Virus record (IMG/VR): IMGVR_UViG_3300014770_000037
Location: 1-8,312 of that record
Origin: a virus
Taxonomy: Duplodnaviria > Heunggongvirae > Uroviricota > Caudoviricetes
Strand: one strand, 5' to 3'
Length of the DNA: 8,312 bases
Shown: positions 5,680 to 8,312 of the stretch, piece after piece
Layout of the letters: each line of letters starts with the position of its first letter
Numbering within the stretch: the first letter of the stretch is position 1
Notes under the pieces: generated by a model
Database searches by the model: none
What the model saw: the letters and a program-made list of their open reading frames with translations, nothing else
What the model was told of the DNA's origin: nothing
Translations under genes and position numbers: made by a program

Positions 5680-8034
5680 ATGAAAGGGTTACTGAACCGT
5701 AAACAGTGGGTCATGTGGCGACTTGAGACAGTTGCCGATCGTCCAAAACCAACGAAAGTACCATACAGCCCGGTACACGGTTATAAAGCCAGTACCACTA
5801 ACCCTAACGACTGGTCTGACTATCACACCGCGTTAGGTATGGCGCAAATGTACGGCATGTCTGGTGTTGGTTTTGTATTCACAGAAAATGACCCTTATTT
5901 CTTTATTGATGTCGATAACTGTCTGGTAGATCAGGCAACAGCCACATGGTCACCACTGGCGCATGAATTCGTAAACCGTTTTCCAAATGCTTACACTGAA
6001 GTCAGCCAGTCAGGAACAGGTTTGCATATCATCTGTGCTTATACCAGCATACCGGAAGGTTTTAACAGTCTGAACGACCAGAAAACCGGGCTGGAAATGT
6101 ACTGGCGTGATCGTTTCGTCGCGATGACGCTCACGGGTAATGGCGATGTTGATATTGATTATACCCAGGGCATTCATGATTCTATTGCCCGGTATGGTCG
6201 TATCCGTTCAGACCGTTCCGCACGCTGGACAACAGCACCCTGTGATGACTGGTCAGGTCCGGCAGACGATGATGAACTGATTAAAATGGCGTTAAATTCG
6301 TCCAGTGCTGCTTCAGTATTTGGTAATAAAGCGTCATTTGCAGATCTGTGGAATGCAAACGTTGAACGCCTGTCTGTGTCATACCCCAGCGACCAGGGAA
6401 AAGACTACAATGCATCTGCCGCTGATGCTGCCCTGTGCTCACACCTTGCGTTCTGGACAGGGAAAGATTGCGAACGTATTGAACGTTTGTTTAACCGTTC
6501 TGGGCTGGTTCGTGGTAAATGGACAGATCGTCAGGATTACCGTGAAAACACGATTTTGGGCGCTGTGGAACGTTGTGATACTGTGTATCGTAGTCAACCG
6601 ACAATGACACCAGAACTGATGAAAGCAGTCACACCAGCGCCTACCGTCGTTCCTAATGGTGGAACACCTGCGTACATGAGTGTGAAACCCGGTGAAGGTG
6701 CATATGGTTCAAACCATACGGTTAACGCATCCACGTTCGTTAATAACTATTATCCAAACAACACATTGATTTTTGTCCAGCAACAGCCGTACCGGTTCAA
6801 CGGTCGCGTGTGGGAACGTGTGAGTGAAGATGAACTGAAACATCAGATATCTATGGCAATGCTCGCCAGCGAACCAAAAGCTGACGTAATTAACGGTACG
6901 TACAAGGTTTTGTCGTATTTATTCACACGCGCTGATCGTGAGCTTGGAACATGGCCCGGCGTTGATGTATCACACTATATTGTTTGTCAGAACGGGATAC
7001 TGGATGTACACACGGGTAAATGTGATGCACATAACCCTGATTTCTTTACGACCAGTATTTTACCGTATAGCTACGATCCGTTTGCCCGTGCGCCAGCATT
7101 TGAACAGTTTCTTAATACAACTCTGGAAGGTGATCAGGAACGTATTGCACTGTTGCAGGAATGGTTGGGTTACATGCTTGTCAACTCGTACGACTATCAG
7201 AAAGCGATGTTGTTGATTGGTGCGCCACGTTCCGGTAAAGGTACGATTGGTCGCATCATTCAGGCACTGGTAGGTGATGAAGCGTATGCAGGGATCACAC
7301 TGGAGGGTTTAGCCAGTGATGCGGTACTTGAAACTGTGCTGGATAAATCTGTGCTGTTTATTGGTGATGCTCACAGTGTGTCCGGGCCTGACCGCAACCG
7401 AATTCTGGACCGTTTCAAATCTATTACAGGTTGTGATGCGATTCCGGTTAATCGTAAGTATAAAGGTGCATGGAACGGTCGTTTACCTGGACGTATGACA
7501 CTGGCTGCTAACAACATACCTGCATTTGCTGATGATTCCGGTGCAATGGCTAACCGTTTGCTGATCCTGCCGTTCAACATTTCGTTCCTGGGTCGTGAAG
7601 ATACCACTCTGGAAGCACGACTGATGAAAGAACTACCGGGGATCTGTAACTGGGCGATTGAAGGTTTACAACGGTTACGTGCAAACGGACGGTTTACTGA
7701 ACCAAAAGCAAGTCTGGAAGAACGTCAGGAAATTATGGATCAACAATCACCACTTAGAAGTTTTATCAGAGATTGTTGCGAATTGGTATCTGATGGTGAG
7801 GTGCACACTGAAGAACTCTATGGTCGTTATCGTCTCTGGAAAACACAGGAAGGTGGTCCAGCAATGACTAAAACTGCATTTAGTCGGGCGTTTAAATCCA
7901 CCCTTCGTGGTAAAGTGAAAAAAGACGTTGTTAATATAAATAACGTTCGACTAAACGGTTTCAGGGGTATTCGTCTTCTCCCTTTTCAGTCAACAGCTAA
8001 TGTAGTGCCTTTTCCACCTGCGAGTAATAGTTAG
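5680..8034 (+). CDS. bifunctional DNA primase-polymerase (prim-pol/AEP-type N-terminus, PriCT-like middle) fused to a C-terminal P-loop NTPase/helicase domain (P4/D5-type or DUF5906-like)
   Basis: 784-aa ORF, SD GGAG at 5667-5670. N-terminal FFIDVDN (D-x-D at 5908-5916) and SGTGLHIIC are typical of prim-pol domains. The middle region DDDELIKMALNSSSAASVFGNKASFADLWNAN resembles primase C-terminal (PriCT) domains. C-terminal Walker A LLIGAPRSGKGT (nt 7219-7245) and Walker B-like VLFIGDAH. Confidence 0.9.
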   Translation: MKGLLNRKQWVMWRLETVADRPKPTKVPYSPVHGYKASTTNPNDWSDYHTALGMAQMYGMSGVGFVFTENDPYFFIDVDNCLVDQATATWSPLAHEFVNRFPNAYTEVSQSGTGLHIICAYTSIPEGFNSLNDQKTGLEMYWRDRFVAMTLTGNGDVDIDYTQGIHDSIARYGRIRSDRSARWTTAPCDDWSGPADDDELIKMALNSSSAASVFGNKASFADLWNANVERLSVSYPSDQGKDYNASAADAALCSHLAFWTGKDCERIERLFNRSGLVRGKWTDRQDYRENTILGAVERCDTVYRSQPTMTPELMKAVTPAPTVVPNGGTPAYMSVKPGEGAYGSNHTVNASTFVNNYYPNNTLIFVQQQPYRFNGRVWERVSEDELKHQISMAMLASEPKADVINGTYKVLSYLFTRADRELGTWPGVDVSHYIVCQNGILDVHTGKCDAHNPDFFTTSILPYSYDPFARAPAFEQFLNTTLEGDQERIALLQEWLGYMLVNSYDYQKAMLLIGAPRSGKGTIGRIIQALVGDEAYAGITLEGLASDAVLETVLDKSVLFIGDAHSVSGPDRNRILDRFKSITGCDAIPVNRKYKGAWNGRLPGRMTLAANNIPAFADDSGAMANRLLILPFNISFLGREDTTLEARLMKELPGICNWAIEGLQRLRANGRFTEPKASLEERQEIMDQQSPLRSFIRDCCELVSDGEVHTEELYGRYRLWKTQEGGPAMTKTAFSRAFKSTLRGKVKKDVVNINNVRLNGFRGIRLLPFQSTANVVPFPPASNS

Positions 8035-8053
8035 TCATTGCACAAGGATGGGT

Positions 8054-8093
8054 AAAATAATTCTTGACGAATTACAGATGTGTGCGCTATAGT
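8054..8093 (+). promoter_or_regulatory. strong sigma70-type promoter with UP-like A-tract; begins a new rightward transcription unit
   Basis: AAAATAATTC-TTGACG (-35 at 8064-8069), 18-nt spacer, TATAGT (-10 at 8088-8093). Followed by SD AAGGAG (8111-8116) and ATG at 8125. The upstream 15 nt (8054-8068) is the exact reverse complement of 2683-2697. Confidence 0.5.
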
Positions 8094-8124
8094 CTGTACA
8101 TCAAGTGAACAAGGAGTGATTGTT

Positions 8125-8312
8125 ATGAAAAACATATTTGACCGTTTAATTACTGTTATTGTATTTCTTGTATCCGTAACACTCGCGTCTTGTATTGTCG
8201 GACTAATGACCCGTGGTAATCATGCGGAAACACCGTGGTGGTTTCTGGCGGGTCTTGGATTATTAGCGGCTGCGTGCATAACGGTCTTCTTTTTTGATTA
8301 CAGCACCGAATT
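8125..8312 (+). CDS. small membrane protein (two predicted transmembrane helices), partial; 3' end beyond window
   Basis: ATG at 8125 with SD AAGGAG 8 nt upstream; open for 62 codons to the window end. Translation MKNIFDRLITVIVFLVSVTLASCIVGLMTRGNHAETPWWFLAGLGLLAAACITVFFFDYSTE shows two hydrophobic stretches separated by a short polar loop. Not in the ORF track because no stop lies in the window. Confidence 0.6.
   Translation, partial: MKNIFDRLITVIVFLVSVTLASCIVGLMTRGNHAETPWWFLAGLGLLAAACITVFFFDYSTE

Noticed and set aside
6305-7867. Track ORFs 6305..6607 (+), 6938..7216 (+), 7316..7498 (+), 7371..7607 (-) and 7658..7867 (+)
   Set aside because: These are out-of-frame or antisense shadows inside the 784-aa primase gene, whose frame carries prim-pol and Walker motifs throughout.
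8035-8053. Possible intrinsic terminator after the primase stop
   Set aside because: No GC-rich hairpin followed by a U-tract is visible between the TAG at 8032-8034 and the promoter element, so transcription may read through or terminate elsewhere.
1-8312. CRISPR array or rRNA gene
   Set aside because: No regularly spaced direct repeats and no long non-coding structured stretch are present; almost the entire window is protein-coding. A tRNA is unlikely given the coding density but cannot be ruled out by eye.

Overview
The window reads as a phage (or phage-derived element) DNA replication/recombination module, densely coding and split into two divergent operons around a 176-bp AT-rich control region (2627-2802). 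Leftward (- strand): a hypothetical 256-aa two-domain protein, a Cas4-like DUF2800 nuclease, and a putative DUF2815-like ssDNA-binding protein that runs off the window start. Rightward (+ strand): an SF2 DEAH-type helicase, a DnaQ-like 3'-5' exonuclease, a VRR-NUC nuclease, a 57-aa putative HTH protein absent from the ORF track, and a 784-aa primase-polymerase/P-loop NTPase fusion. After the primase gene, a near-consensus sigma70-type promoter precedes a small membrane protein truncated by the window end. No DNA polymerase, rRNA or CRISPR array is seen, and I cannot exclude tRNAs by eye. Most of the module matches an arrangement already known from phages, so the candidates for something new are narrower: the uncharacterised 256-aa protein, a 15-nt element recurring at three promoter-like sites, a Cys-rich insert in the helicase, and the small HTH ORF. 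All family assignments rest on motifs read from the translations and need confirmation by profile search.
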